Below, in pieces: positions 8,976 through 17,929 of a DNA stretch of 41,039 nucleotides. The stretch is taken from sequence record NC_093712.1; one strand, given 5' to 3'. This stretch comes from a phage. The notes below the pieces were generated by a model. That model was given only the letters and a program-made list of their open reading frames with translations. It was not told the DNA's origin and did no database searches. The position numbers were made by a program, and so were the translations under genes. The stretch's first letter is position 1. Each line of letters begins with the position of its first letter.

Positions 8976-9367
8976 TTCACCTTGTTGGCTTCTTCGTTAA
9001 TGAGTTGCTGGAAACGCGATATATTAGTTCTTACCATACCTTGTGGCGCCTGTTGCGACCAGCCATACTCCAGCCGTTGTGCATACGGCAGATTATTTGT
9101 CAGCGTGAACTCGCGCCAGTCTGTGGCTTTAAGCACGAAACTTGTAGCGTTTCCGGTTGCCGTGTTTCCTGATTTATCCGTAGCGTCTGTAATTCCGGAA
9201 GCGGGAGTGCCGCCAGACGCCATCCAGTTCATACGAAAGCGACCTGTATCTACCGGACTTGCCTTTATGATAGCGGAAAACAGTTTGATAGACACCTGAC
9301 GCATCACCTTCTCGGGGTTCTTCTTCGCCTTTTCCACGAACTTAGAGACATCAAGCGCGAAACTCAT
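8972..9367 (-). CDS. neck / tail-completion protein, HK97 gp10-like
   Basis: 131 aa with VDTGRFRMNW motif reminiscent of HK97 gp10 family (recalled). Confidence 0.5.
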   Translation of the reverse strand: MSFALDVSKFVEKAKKNPEKVMRQVSIKLFSAIIKASPVDTGRFRMNWMASGGTPASGITDATDKSGNTATGNATSFVLKATDWREFTLTNNLPYAQRLEYGWSQQAPQGMVRTNISRFQQLINEEANKVK

Positions 9368-9723
9368 TTTCTCACCTGAATAAAATACGCCACGACATCA
9401 TCGTTAACCATCTTCTTCTCGATAGCTACGACAGACCATTGCTCGCCGCCGAATTGTACCTTGTCTTCCATTTTTGGCACGACACTGCAATCCGCTTTAA
9501 CAACCATGTCGCCAGCCTGAATCGTCGTACCATTAACCAGTCCCACGTTAACCGGAACCGGAACGGCCTTCAACGGCAGCACTTCATCGTCAGACCATAC
9601 GTACTCACCGAGAACTTCATCCCACACTTTCGATCCAGCACGAACCAGAGATACCGTGCTCCCGAATTTGGTTAGCAGTCGTGTACCAACGCCTTGCATA
9701 CGTTTACTGAAAGCAGTGCTCAT
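9364..9723 (-). CDS. head closure / head-tail joining protein (positional call)
   Basis: ORF in connector region; ATG at 9723 is ATGA-coupled to upstream stop (track start 9777 overlaps upstream gene). Confidence 0.4.
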   Translation of the reverse strand: MSTAFSKRMQGVGTRLLTKFGSTVSLVRAGSKVWDEVLGEYVWSDDEVLPLKAVPVPVNVGLVNGTTIQAGDMVVKADCSVVPKMEDKVQFGGEQWSVVAIEKKMVNDDVVAYFIQVRK

Positions 9724-10337
9724 CTGGCGGCCTCCAGTCTCGAAATAACCAGTAGCGCGGACGGTGCTGTGCCCCATGCGGTTACGGTAGCGACTTGTGG
9801 GTACACGCCGCCGAAGTTAGTTCCGGCGCTATCCCGCATAATCTGTATAGCCAGCGTCTGACCGGCAGCAGGGTTAACAACTACACGCGATTCGATCGGG
9901 ATTGTTACGTCGGCGCTTACCAGTTTAGTTGCCGCGGGAGAACCGTACTGAGCACCATTAAGAAGAATGCGCGATAACAGGATTGACGTTCCGCTAGCGC
10001 CCGTGCGCCCGGCCTGTAACTTGATGCGAACGGCATAGTTTCCGGGGGTGTTGAACGTAACCAGCCCCGCAGCATTAATCATTACCGGGTCGGATGCGCT
10101 ACCCTGAGCAGAGCCGAAAGTTAACTGCAACGCCGTGTCTACTGCGGTAGGCGCTTGGGCTACAGTAGACGCAGCACGGAGAACTTCAACTTCTTTAACG
10201 CCTGGAGTGGCGTAAATAGGAGAGTCCGCCATCTGTGTCATTACTTCGCGTAACTTCGCGGAGGTGATAAGCCCGGTGGTGTTGTCGGGATGATTCGCAC
10301 CGATAAGGGTGAACATCTCTGTTTTAGTTTTCACCAT
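9720..10337 (-). CDS. virion structural protein of head-tail connector region
   Basis: 205-aa ORF, Thr/Ala/Gly-rich, within structural operon. Confidence 0.4.
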   Translation of the reverse strand: MVKTKTEMFTLIGANHPDNTTGLITSAKLREVMTQMADSPIYATPGVKEVEVLRAASTVAQAPTAVDTALQLTFGSAQGSASDPVMINAAGLVTFNTPGNYAVRIKLQAGRTGASGTSILLSRILLNGAQYGSPAATKLVSADVTIPIESRVVVNPAAGQTLAIQIMRDSAGTNFGGVYPQVATVTAWGTAPSALLVISRLEAAR

Positions 10338-10339
10338 TT

Positions 10340-10852
10340 TTAACCCCGGTACACGTTAAACGAGAAGCCATTGTTAAGACCGCCGCACAGTAACGGGCGT
10401 AATGCGTCGTCAGCAGCGGTAATCGCGGTTGTAGCTCCACTGCTGCCGTTGTTGAAGTAGGTTACAGTCACCGCACCCTCGACACGCTCAGTCTGCACGG
10501 AACGACCGTCTGAGTTGGCCCGCACCTCAGTACCTGCACCATATGTAGCGGCAGCGATTACCTGCGCAAGAATCACCTGCTTCGGAATGGTATTGTTAGC
10601 TACCGAGAAGCCATTCAACGTTACCCCAGTGCGGGGGTACGCCAGCGACTGTTCAGCGGATACACGGCTACCGCACATCTGAGGTTCTGCAAGCCCAACA
10701 TAAGTAGCACCGTTGCGCAGGGCCACCTCTGCGGCGGTATCGTCTGCTGGTAACCCAAGACCGTAATTAGCCGCTAACGCGCGGGCGTCGGCCAGACTAA
10801 CGTAACTGTCGGCATCAGGTACTATCGACCCATCTTCCACGATTAGCGGCAT
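10340..10852 (-). CDS. head-tail adaptor (HK97 gp6-like connector protein)
   Basis: 170 aa; N-terminal SYVSLADARALAANYGL resembles head-tail connector family; immediately after capsid gene. Confidence 0.5.
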   Translation of the reverse strand: MPLIVEDGSIVPDADSYVSLADARALAANYGLGLPADDTAAEVALRNGATYVGLAEPQMCGSRVSAEQSLAYPRTGVTLNGFSVANNTIPKQVILAQVIAAATYGAGTEVRANSDGRSVQTERVEGAVTVTYFNNGSSGATTAITAADDALRPLLCGGLNNGFSFNVYRG

Positions 10853-10855
10853 AAA

Positions 10856-11023
10856 TTATTCCTCTGATTTAGCCCGACGCTGGCGGCGCGGTGTCTCTTC
10901 TTTAGCCGATTCTACCACGGTGCCTTCTGGTGCGAAACGAGCATCTACCACACGGAACCCCTGGCGGTTATACTCGCGCTTCTGCTCGATGGTAATCGGC
11001 ATTGGTACATATTTAATTTCCAT
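10856..11023 (-). CDS. small hypothetical protein (55 aa)
   Basis: Manually found ORF MEIKYVPMPITIEQKREYNRQGF..., strong RBS AGGAGA, fills gap between capsid and adaptor genes. Confidence 0.45.
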   Translation of the reverse strand: MEIKYVPMPITIEQKREYNRQGFRVVDARFAPEGTVVESAKEETPRRQRRAKSEE

Positions 11024-11040
11024 TTTAATTTCTCCTAGTA

Positions 11041-11067
11041 AAAAGGGGCCGTAGCCCCTTTGTTTTT
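11041..11067. terminator. bidirectional rho-independent terminator after major capsid gene
   Basis: AAGGGGC-CGTA-GCCCCTT hairpin with TTTGTTTTT on plus and T-run on minus. Confidence 0.7.
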
Positions 11068-11080
11068 ACCACTAACTGTA

Positions 11081-12049
11081 TCACTTGTCCGCGTCGGCGA
11101 TTGCCAGAGTACCGAGGGTGTGTTTGTTCTCGGCAACAGCTTTGTCCCAGTTGGTCGCGGTGAACAGTTCTGCGTCCAGCGGAGATTTACCGCCGTTGGC
11201 GACATCCCAGCTATAGCCTTTCAGTTTCAGGCCGAAGCTGTAATCCGCCTGCCAGGTGGTCTGGATGCGGGTGTTACCGTTGCTGGTATCAATGTTGCTG
11301 ATAATATCAGAAGCATTATCAACGATGATGCCGTTTGCAACTACGGACAGGACCTTAGTCTTGTTCGGAGTACCGGCCTCGTACAGCGCAGGAATGTCAG
11401 AGATTACGTAACGCTTGCCGAGAACATCGACAACCATAACGTTACCGGCAACGAACAGCTGGTTTGCGTTAGTCAGCGCTTTATCTACCAGCGTGTGATA
11501 AGCAGCACCAGTCATGATGTCGGTAATCAGCAGCTGAGACTGGTCGCCGAATTTAGCGTGGCTGTTGTTCAGCACGTTCAGGGACAGACCTACGGTTGTA
11601 GATACGTCGTTAACCAGCGCGGCCTGACCAGATACCGCAGCAACAGCTGCGCCAACAGCGGTGTTGAGCTGGTCCGCTAACAGTGCGTCAGAGAAGCCTT
11701 CGGAAATAGCACGAATCGCGCTTGCCGGGTCTTCGTTAAGCCAAGTCATTTGCGCAGGCTCGAACAGTACCGGTCCGAAGCCGCCAGCGACTTTAACGCC
11801 TACATGCTCGCCCTGAGTCAGCGCGGTAGCTGCCTGAGACTCGATAGCGGCGTAACGGTCAACGCGGCGTTTAGCGGAGGCAATCTGGTTAAAGAAAGAC
11901 TCACGGGAGAAGTCACCGCGCCATGAAGCGGTAGACAGTACAATTGCACCACCGGAGGCTGCGTTAAACTGGTCAGTTTTCTGGCCAAGCAGTTCGATAG
12001 TGGTACCGACGATGTCGTCGTTATAAACCTTCATATCTGACAGAGACAT
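11081..12049 (-). CDS. major capsid protein
   Basis: 322 aa, preceded by scaffold gene and followed by strong terminator; RBS GAGGA. Confidence 0.75.
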   Translation of the reverse strand: MSLSDMKVYNDDIVGTTIELLGQKTDQFNAASGGAIVLSTASWRGDFSRESFFNQIASAKRRVDRYAAIESQAATALTQGEHVGVKVAGGFGPVLFEPAQMTWLNEDPASAIRAISEGFSDALLADQLNTAVGAAVAAVSGQAALVNDVSTTVGLSLNVLNNSHAKFGDQSQLLITDIMTGAAYHTLVDKALTNANQLFVAGNVMVVDVLGKRYVISDIPALYEAGTPNKTKVLSVVANGIIVDNASDIISNIDTSNGNTRIQTTWQADYSFGLKLKGYSWDVANGGKSPLDAELFTATNWDKAVAENKHTLGTLAIADADK

Positions 12050-12055
12050 ATTCTG

Positions 12056-12682
12056 TTATCCTCGTTTGCCGTATTTGGCGTTAAGTTTTTGCTGGATTAC
12101 GTCCGCACCACCGGCCCCGCCAGTAGAATTTTTGTTACCGGAAGCCCCGCCGCCGGTTGCCGCATCTGCTTTAATCAGATGCGAAAATGCTTTGTGCTCA
12201 CGCAGATACTTTTTAAATTGCTCTGCGTCGGTGGTGATGACATTACCGTCTGCACCTGTGAACTTGGTCACAACGTCATCGCCGTCAAATTCGGTCTTGA
12301 CCATCATAGCGATAATATCCGCTGCGCTCTCATCAATCAACATTCCAGACAACTGGCTGATAACTGATTTACGTTCCGCGCCGAGGATACGCTCAGCCAT
12401 TTTGCTAATCTTACCGTCTTTCTCGGCGAGTACTGGCTCATACTGACTGCGCAACGTTTTCTCGAATGCCTCAAGTTCGCCGTTCTGTTTTGCGCGTTCC
12501 TGTTCGGCTTTCAGCTTCGCATCTGCGGCTTCTTTCGCGGCAGCGGCGGCAGCTTTCTTTTCAGACAAGAGTTTCTCGTTGTTAGCTTTAAGACCGGATA
12601 CCAGCGCGTCAACTTCTTCTTTGGTAAACGTGGTCTTAGTCTCTTGTTGTTCGATAGTTTCGTCTTTCACTTCTTCGCTCAT
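12056..12682 (-). CDS. capsid scaffolding protein
   Basis: Highly charged Ala/Lys/Glu-rich helical protein immediately upstream of capsid gene; ATG at 12682 with GGGGA RBS (track start 12733 lacks RBS). Confidence 0.65.
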   Translation of the reverse strand: MSEEVKDETIEQQETKTTFTKEEVDALVSGLKANNEKLLSEKKAAAAAAKEAADAKLKAEQERAKQNGELEAFEKTLRSQYEPVLAEKDGKISKMAERILGAERKSVISQLSGMLIDESAADIIAMMVKTEFDGDDVVTKFTGADGNVITTDAEQFKKYLREHKAFSHLIKADAATGGGASGNKNSTGGAGGADVIQQKLNAKYGKRG

Positions 12683-12761
12683 CAGTATGTCCCCTGGACG
12701 TTGGAATCCGGGCCACCCGGATTTACATGTCAAGAATAAATTATTCCAACATACAAGGCAA

Positions 12762-13025
12762 CTATTCCAGAATATTCCTCACGTAATCCTGCAACATGAA
12801 CACTTTAAGTCTCAGTTGCCGTACACATTCTGCGTTCTGGACGTCAATAGCTAAATCCTCGTCCGCGTCGTTACTTGGCAGTGCCAGTTTGCACGGCGGC
12901 TGCATCATCGTCGTATCCGGGGATGGAATTGGCGTTTGCGACGGCGCGGGACTTGAGCTGCACGCGCTCAGGGTCAAAAGTGCACACGCTGCGGCCAGGC
13001 GTTTTAATGTACTTAACGACTTCAC
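12762..13025 (-). CDS. o-spanin (Rz1-like outer-membrane lipoprotein)
   Basis: 87 aa, signal peptide with lipobox LTLSAC, Pro-rich mature part; starts inside and in a different frame from the i-spanin gene and extends past it (overlapped architecture). Confidence 0.7.
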   Translation of the reverse strand: MKSLSTLKRLAAACALLTLSACSSSPAPSQTPIPSPDTTMMQPPCKLALPSNDADEDLAIDVQNAECVRQLRLKVFMLQDYVRNILE

Positions 13026-13257
13026 GGGTGATCACCTCTGATTTCGTCTTGCCTTCGTTATCGGCGGCTGCGGCCTTTGATTCATCCTGCTGCTGCCGTT
13101 GTGTTTTCTTCGCCAGCTCAGCCTGTGCTTTCTGCTGTTGCCGCGAAACGAGATTAGCGCGACCTTCGTTCCAGCCGCTGCGATACTGATAAATGCCGTG
13201 TGCGTAAGCCAGGATGATGAAACATGTTCCCGCTACGACAGTTGCTTTAAGATTCAT
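12871..13257 (-). CDS. i-spanin (Rz-like inner-membrane spanin)
   Basis: 128 aa, N-terminal TM segment ATVVAGTCFIILAYAHGIY, then coiled-coil QQQKAQAELAKK; embeds the lipoprotein ORF. Confidence 0.7.
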   Translation of the reverse strand: MNLKATVVAGTCFIILAYAHGIYQYRSGWNEGRANLVSRQQQKAQAELAKKTQRQQQDESKAAAADNEGKTKSEVITREVVKYIKTPGRSVCTFDPERVQLKSRAVANANSIPGYDDDAAAVQTGTAK

Positions 13258-13362
13258 GTTTCTCCTTTCTCGATAAGTAAAGCCCCGCCATAAAGCGGGG
13301 CGCTAGTCCTCATCATTTAAACATAGAAACGGCGTAATCTCAGTAAACCAGTTACTTTTTAC

Positions 13363-13522
13363 ACAAGCAATAGAGTATGGCCCTTCCGAACGCGTCAGCG
13401 TAACTACACTCAGGACTTACGTCCCGCTCCGTTACCTGCCCGCGCCGCGGTCGCTTGTTCATACTTCACAAGCTCAGGTGGAGCTTAGCACATTTTCAGT
13501 GAAAAGTCAACTATTCGAATAG
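13363..13522 (-). promoter_or_regulatory. conserved promoter plus structured leader element, copy 1 (TTGACT-17-TGnTAAGCT promoter at 13510..13482, then conserved hairpins)
   Basis: ~145 nt shared with 24338-24482 (blocks TATGGCCCTTCCGAAYGCGTCAGCG, CGGTCGCTTGTTCATACTTCACAAGCTCAGG, GAGCTTA, AAAAGTCAA); no conserved ORF; followed by hairpin GCGCCCCGC/GCGGGGC (13281-13305) before spanin RBS. Confidence 0.5.
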
Positions 13523-13572
13523 TTTATTCCAACATTTACAATTATGTGGAATAACTGGAATAATCACAGGCG

Positions 13573-13606
13573 CTAAAAAGCCCCTTTCGGGGCTTAAGTT
13601 TATTCT
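13573..13606. terminator. rho-independent terminator (bidirectional)
   Basis: AAGCCCC-TTTC-GGGGCTT hairpin with flanking T/A runs; just past stop of gene 13600..14061. Confidence 0.7.
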
Positions 13607-14061
13607 GGCTTCGTAGCCTTCGCAGCTTTACTCACCGCCTCAACTCCAGTGGCATCAGTAACTTTAACGAAGTATTCACCCACCGCGTTAACCGTCAGAG
13701 ACAAAGCCTCTTCCGGGGCGTTTACCACTTCCTTGCCGTCTTTGTACCAGGTCAGAGTATACGGCGCTTTACCTGCCTTAACTTCGACGGTGATGGTGGC
13801 GCTACCGTCGACCAGCTCGGTGTCTTTCGGTTGCACCGAGAAATACACGTCACCTGCATCCGCCAGATACGGAATCTCGTAAAGCATACCCGCCGCGGGC
13901 AACGCAATGCCCGTTTTATCTGCAAACGGCATATCGTCTACAGGGGTACCCAGTACACTTTCGTCCCCAATAGACACCACGTTCTCACCTGAGCCGGACA
14001 CACGAGCAAACTGGACAACACGGCGCGACGGCACATCAGTTACTTTGAAAAAGCCCATCAT
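13600..14061 (-). CDS. Ig-like domain virion protein (possible head decoration or accessory protein)
   Basis: 153 aa; C-terminal TITVEVKAGKAPYTLTWYKDGKEV...YFVKVTDATG resembles bacterial Ig-like (Big) fold; ATGA-coupled to head morphogenesis gene. Confidence 0.5.
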   Translation of the reverse strand: MMGFFKVTDVPSRRVVQFARVSGSGENVVSIGDESVLGTPVDDMPFADKTGIALPAAGMLYEIPYLADAGDVYFSVQPKDTELVDGSATITVEVKAGKAPYTLTWYKDGKEVVNAPEEALSLTVNAVGEYFVKVTDATGVEAVSKAAKATKPE

Positions 14062-15137
14062 TAATCCCCTTTCAGATAATCAGCAACACGTTTATCGAGT
14101 TCCGCCATCTGCTTAAGCGTGAGCGGATTCCCGAAACCATCTACAGATATTACGCGAAACTCTTCCGGCGATATACCGCTGTTACGGAAAATCTTACCGC
14201 GAACAGGGCCGAGGGCCTGGTCCTGGAACCACGCCGGTTGTTGCTTCAGGAACTCGTAGTAAGTGGTGTCTGCGCTTACCTGAGTACCACCATCTGCGCC
14301 TTTAGCCGCTCGTTTTGCGCCCTTATCGAGGAAGTCGAACTCCGAGATAATTACCGGCGCAGTGGTACTTCGGCAATTCGGATGCGCCGGCGGCATCGGC
14401 CCCTTACCGATTTCCCACGTCATCCCGTCCCTGACCCTGCAAATCGTACTGGTACGGCTGTCAAGCGTTGACACCCACTCATATTTCTCGATGATGTCGT
14501 CGTTCTGGCGGTACGTCTCGTTACGGGCTTCGTTGGATACGTGAGACAGCGCAGTGCGGGTTACCGTCGCGGCGTTACGCTCAGAGATGTCCGCCAGCCC
14601 ACCAGCGCCAACAACGTTCTTAACAATCTGCCGTGTTGTCTGACCTTGTACAAAGCCCATCTTAACGCCCGTTACCAGGCGCGCGACCTCCGTTTCACCC
14701 CAGCCAGACATCAGCTTAGTGAAATCAACGGGCTTGTCGCTTAACGATAAGGGCTGAAACTCGGCAGCGGCCCATACCTGTTCCGCGGTAGGTGTAACAA
14801 ATTCTGCGTTAACGTTGGCAGTCAGCGTTTTTACGTTCCACTCAGCCTCATACACGGCCAGTTCCTTAAGGTCTTCTGTCAGCTTTGTTTGCCAGTCACC
14901 AGTAAGTCCCGCCAGTGCTTCTTCAAGGTCCCGTAACAGTTTATTCAGCCGCGCAGTGCTTCGCCCGTCGTCGCCGAATAACAGCACCTGCCGTTTGATT
15001 TCATCCCGCATCTCCTGAATGAACGGTGCGAGGTCTTTCACCTCACCGGATGCGGTGCGTTGCAGCCATATCTGATGGCTGATGAGGGATGTAAGTAAGC
15101 TCATAGTTAAACCCTGTGGTACTAAAGTTAATAGCAT
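14061..15137 (-). CDS. head morphogenesis / minor head protein (SPP1 gp7 / Mu F-like)
   Basis: 358-aa ORF directly after portal gene; start could instead be internal ATG at 15104. Confidence 0.6.
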   Translation of the reverse strand: MLLTLVPQGLTMSLLTSLISHQIWLQRTASGEVKDLAPFIQEMRDEIKRQVLLFGDDGRSTARLNKLLRDLEEALAGLTGDWQTKLTEDLKELAVYEAEWNVKTLTANVNAEFVTPTAEQVWAAAEFQPLSLSDKPVDFTKLMSGWGETEVARLVTGVKMGFVQGQTTRQIVKNVVGAGGLADISERNAATVTRTALSHVSNEARNETYRQNDDIIEKYEWVSTLDSRTSTICRVRDGMTWEIGKGPMPPAHPNCRSTTAPVIISEFDFLDKGAKRAAKGADGGTQVSADTTYYEFLKQQPAWFQDQALGPVRGKIFRNSGISPEEFRVISVDGFGNPLTLKQMAELDKRVADYLKGD

Positions 15138-15145
15138 ACTATAAG

Positions 15146-15163
15146 AAAGCCCCTTTCGGGGCT
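15146..15163 (-). terminator. hairpin terminator between portal and head morphogenesis genes
   Basis: AAAGCCCC-TTTC-GGGGCT followed on minus strand by TTTCTTAT. Confidence 0.5.
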
Positions 15164-15173
15164 ATATGTGAAC

Positions 15174-16667
15174 TTACGGCTGAGTGGTGTCCTGTTGCTG
15201 CGCCGACTGCGGGATATCCCCCGCCACCTGAGTAACAGCACCTAACGGCAGCGGCGCATCCTCGATAGCATTCTGAATGTCCTCGTCTGTCCAGTCAGTT
15301 ACCCCCGCCTTACGCAACGCAGCATAGTAAGCGGTAGCCGGTAACAGGCCCGCGTTAATATCCGCCATCCACTGAGCGCGGTCCTGGGCGGTCATTGGTT
15401 GCAGGAAGAACTCCATGTTCAGTTTGAACTCAATTTCAGTGCCGTCACTAAGCCCAAGCATATCAGCAACCCACTTCAGCGCATCGGTATACGCCATGCT
15501 TACGTTACGTGCAATTGTCGCCATAACGGACGTGTCGGCACCACGTTGCAGGCGTGCCGATTCCGCGGTGATTTGCTGCACCGGGGTAATAAGCTGTGCA
15601 CCAATCTGGATTGCCTGGTTCTCTTTATCCAACATGTTCTGCTTGGCTAGGTTGTTCTCACCGGCCTGGACCAGAAACGCATTGCCGCCGTAACCGATGT
15701 TATGGCCAGAACGTGACCCCATACGCACTCCGTGAGGGTTGGCTTCTTTCCATTGTCCCATGCTCATGTTCTCACCGGGGGCGATGAACAGAGTAGGCTG
15801 GCCTACGACGAAGCTGGACTCCTCATTGTCCGCGCTGTTGCGGAAGTGCCCGATATTAAGTTCAGCCAACGGCAGCAAAGGTGCATCGTCAGGGGTTGAG
15901 TCGTTATTTCCCGCGCCGATGAACGTGAACGGAATCACCCCGACCGGAATATTACCGAGTTTCGGGAATATTTCGATATAGCCACCTTCCATCAGTGCAC
16001 CTTTCTGGTTAAAGCGGTACAGACGCTGGCGATACTGGCCTTCGAAAATATCAAGGACGCGGTATTGCTCGCCGTAGTTGGGGCTGAACTCATCCGCGCC
16101 ATCGGTGTACTCGTATTCCTCACGCAATACAACCATAACCACACGATTAACAGACCCGACGCGCTGGAGACGCCAGTTGATGATGTTCTCTGCGGTGTAG
16201 AAAGCGATTGTTGGGTTTAGTAAACCCTCGTTTTGCTCTGCCATGGTAGCTACTTCTACCGCGGGGGCGTCAACCAGCAAACCACCGCGACCAACAGCAT
16301 CAATCTCATACAGAGTATCCTGTGCGTGCTGCCACAGGCCAACGCCCGACCCGTCACAGTTAGTGGTCAGGTATTCCATCTGAGACGGAATAATCATCTC
16401 GGGGTCTTTGCGCATTACGCTGCCGACCATGCCTGAAAGCGTTCGCTTGGTGAAGTTGTAGCAAATTGCCCCCGCTTCGTATTCAGCCTGACGCTGGCGA
16501 CCGTAAACCGGGTCCGGCTCATTCTTACTGACGTCACGTAGATACGATGTCAGGTCGCCAGAAAGCGCATGTCGCACCTTCTGCCACTTAGGGAAATACT
16601 CTTCGTACTGGCGGTGGCGGGTTTTAACGTTCTGCCCTTGCCCTGCGTTAATGTTTGCGGAAACCAT
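15174..16667 (-). CDS. portal protein
   Basis: 497 aa, position immediately downstream of large terminase; RBS AAGAGGA. Confidence 0.8.
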   Translation of the reverse strand: MVSANINAGQGQNVKTRHRQYEEYFPKWQKVRHALSGDLTSYLRDVSKNEPDPVYGRQRQAEYEAGAICYNFTKRTLSGMVGSVMRKDPEMIIPSQMEYLTTNCDGSGVGLWQHAQDTLYEIDAVGRGGLLVDAPAVEVATMAEQNEGLLNPTIAFYTAENIINWRLQRVGSVNRVVMVVLREEYEYTDGADEFSPNYGEQYRVLDIFEGQYRQRLYRFNQKGALMEGGYIEIFPKLGNIPVGVIPFTFIGAGNNDSTPDDAPLLPLAELNIGHFRNSADNEESSFVVGQPTLFIAPGENMSMGQWKEANPHGVRMGSRSGHNIGYGGNAFLVQAGENNLAKQNMLDKENQAIQIGAQLITPVQQITAESARLQRGADTSVMATIARNVSMAYTDALKWVADMLGLSDGTEIEFKLNMEFFLQPMTAQDRAQWMADINAGLLPATAYYAALRKAGVTDWTDEDIQNAIEDAPLPLGAVTQVAGDIPQSAQQQDTTQP

Positions 16668-16678
16668 TTGTTGTCCTC

Positions 16679-17929
16679 TTAAAGTGCGAAAGTCACCGGG
16701 ATGTTGATTACTGGTTTAACCACCGGCATCTCGTAAACTACAGGATAGCCGAGAGCATCCGCCATATGGTCAATGATGCCGTCTTTAGCTGGCTCTCCGT
16801 TATCGTCGTATGCCTGCTGCTCCAGCGTCTTCGCTATCTCAGGGCATAAGTGGTCGTTAATCCACAGTTTACCTTTTTCCAGTGCGGTATTCACGGCTAA
16901 AACACGGTCTTTAACCGGAGGGTTGGCGGATTTAGCGCGAACATCGAAACCTGCCTGCTGGAGTAACGCAATATCTGAGATTGACGCCGAGTTGGTCTTG
17001 CGGTTCTTGCCGCTGGCGTCCGGGTAAACGACTATGCGGTGGCCCTGCGACCTCCACTTCTCAGTAATTACGCGCACGGTATCCGGTGTATCGAACAGGC
17101 CTTTCAGTTCTGCTACCGCGTGCCAGCCGTCTTTACGTTGCACATACACGGCGCTTGCGTTCTTCGTAACGTTGAAGTCCTGCCCGATGTACAACGTGTC
17201 ACCCGGTTGAATTACCTCTTTGCTGCGGTGCTTACGGCGGTCATATGCGTAATACACGCTGCCGGAGGTAAGGTTGACGAACTCACCATTCAGATACGCG
17301 TTAATCAACTGCGCCGGATAAGTCTCGGTCAGCGAACTAATGTAGTCAGGCGGCAGGAATCGCGCGTTCTCGTGTGTAGAAGCCTGCACCATCGAGTAAC
17401 TCGGCGTCGGGTTCTCTTTGAACTTGGCGTAGACGAACTTGAACCCTTCCGGTGTCGTGGTGACAGAGATGTGGTTAATTACGCCAGGAATAACAAGACG
17501 CATACGGGCCACAATTTTGTTCCACGCCAGTTCAGCTTTCTCGCGGCTCAATACATCCAGCTCATCCACGACTGCCGCAGCGATTTTGAAGCCGACGATA
17601 GAGCCTGGGTTATCCATCGAACGGCAGATAACAGTTCCGAGAACCGTCTTACCGCGAGTAACCACGACTTCTTTGTCGCCAGATTTAACCAGCACATCGA
17701 GGCCGAGCAGGTTAGCGGCTTCCTCAAATGTCGGGTAGAAGATGTCACGGATAGCCGGGTATGTCGGGCCGAAGTAACCCAGGCGCGTACCTGGATGCTT
17801 GAGCATAAACGTAAGCAGGTCAAGGCAGCCAACAAATGTCTTTCCGCTGCCGAAGCCGCCGACATATGCCTTATATTTGTTATCACAATTCAGGAACAGC
17901 GCCTGCGGTGCGGATAGCTGAATACTCAT
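16679..17929 (-). CDS. terminase large subunit
   Basis: 416 aa; Walker A GGFGSGKT near N-terminus, acidic nuclease-type C-terminal half; ATGA-coupled to small subunit. Confidence 0.85.
   Translation of the reverse strand: MSIQLSAPQALFLNCDNKYKAYVGGFGSGKTFVGCLDLLTFMLKHPGTRLGYFGPTYPAIRDIFYPTFEEAANLLGLDVLVKSGDKEVVVTRGKTVLGTVICRSMDNPGSIVGFKIAAAVVDELDVLSREKAELAWNKIVARMRLVIPGVINHISVTTTPEGFKFVYAKFKENPTPSYSMVQASTHENARFLPPDYISSLTETYPAQLINAYLNGEFVNLTSGSVYYAYDRRKHRSKEVIQPGDTLYIGQDFNVTKNASAVYVQRKDGWHAVAELKGLFDTPDTVRVITEKWRSQGHRIVVYPDASGKNRKTNSASISDIALLQQAGFDVRAKSANPPVKDRVLAVNTALEKGKLWINDHLCPEIAKTLEQQAYDDNGEPAKDGIIDHMADALGYPVVYEMPVVKPVINIPVTFAL

Noticed and set aside
11060-11680. 206-aa plus-strand ORF antisense to the major capsid gene, and 17039..17917 antisense to the large terminase
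   Set aside because: Overlap strongly supported genes on the opposite strand; no independent start signals.
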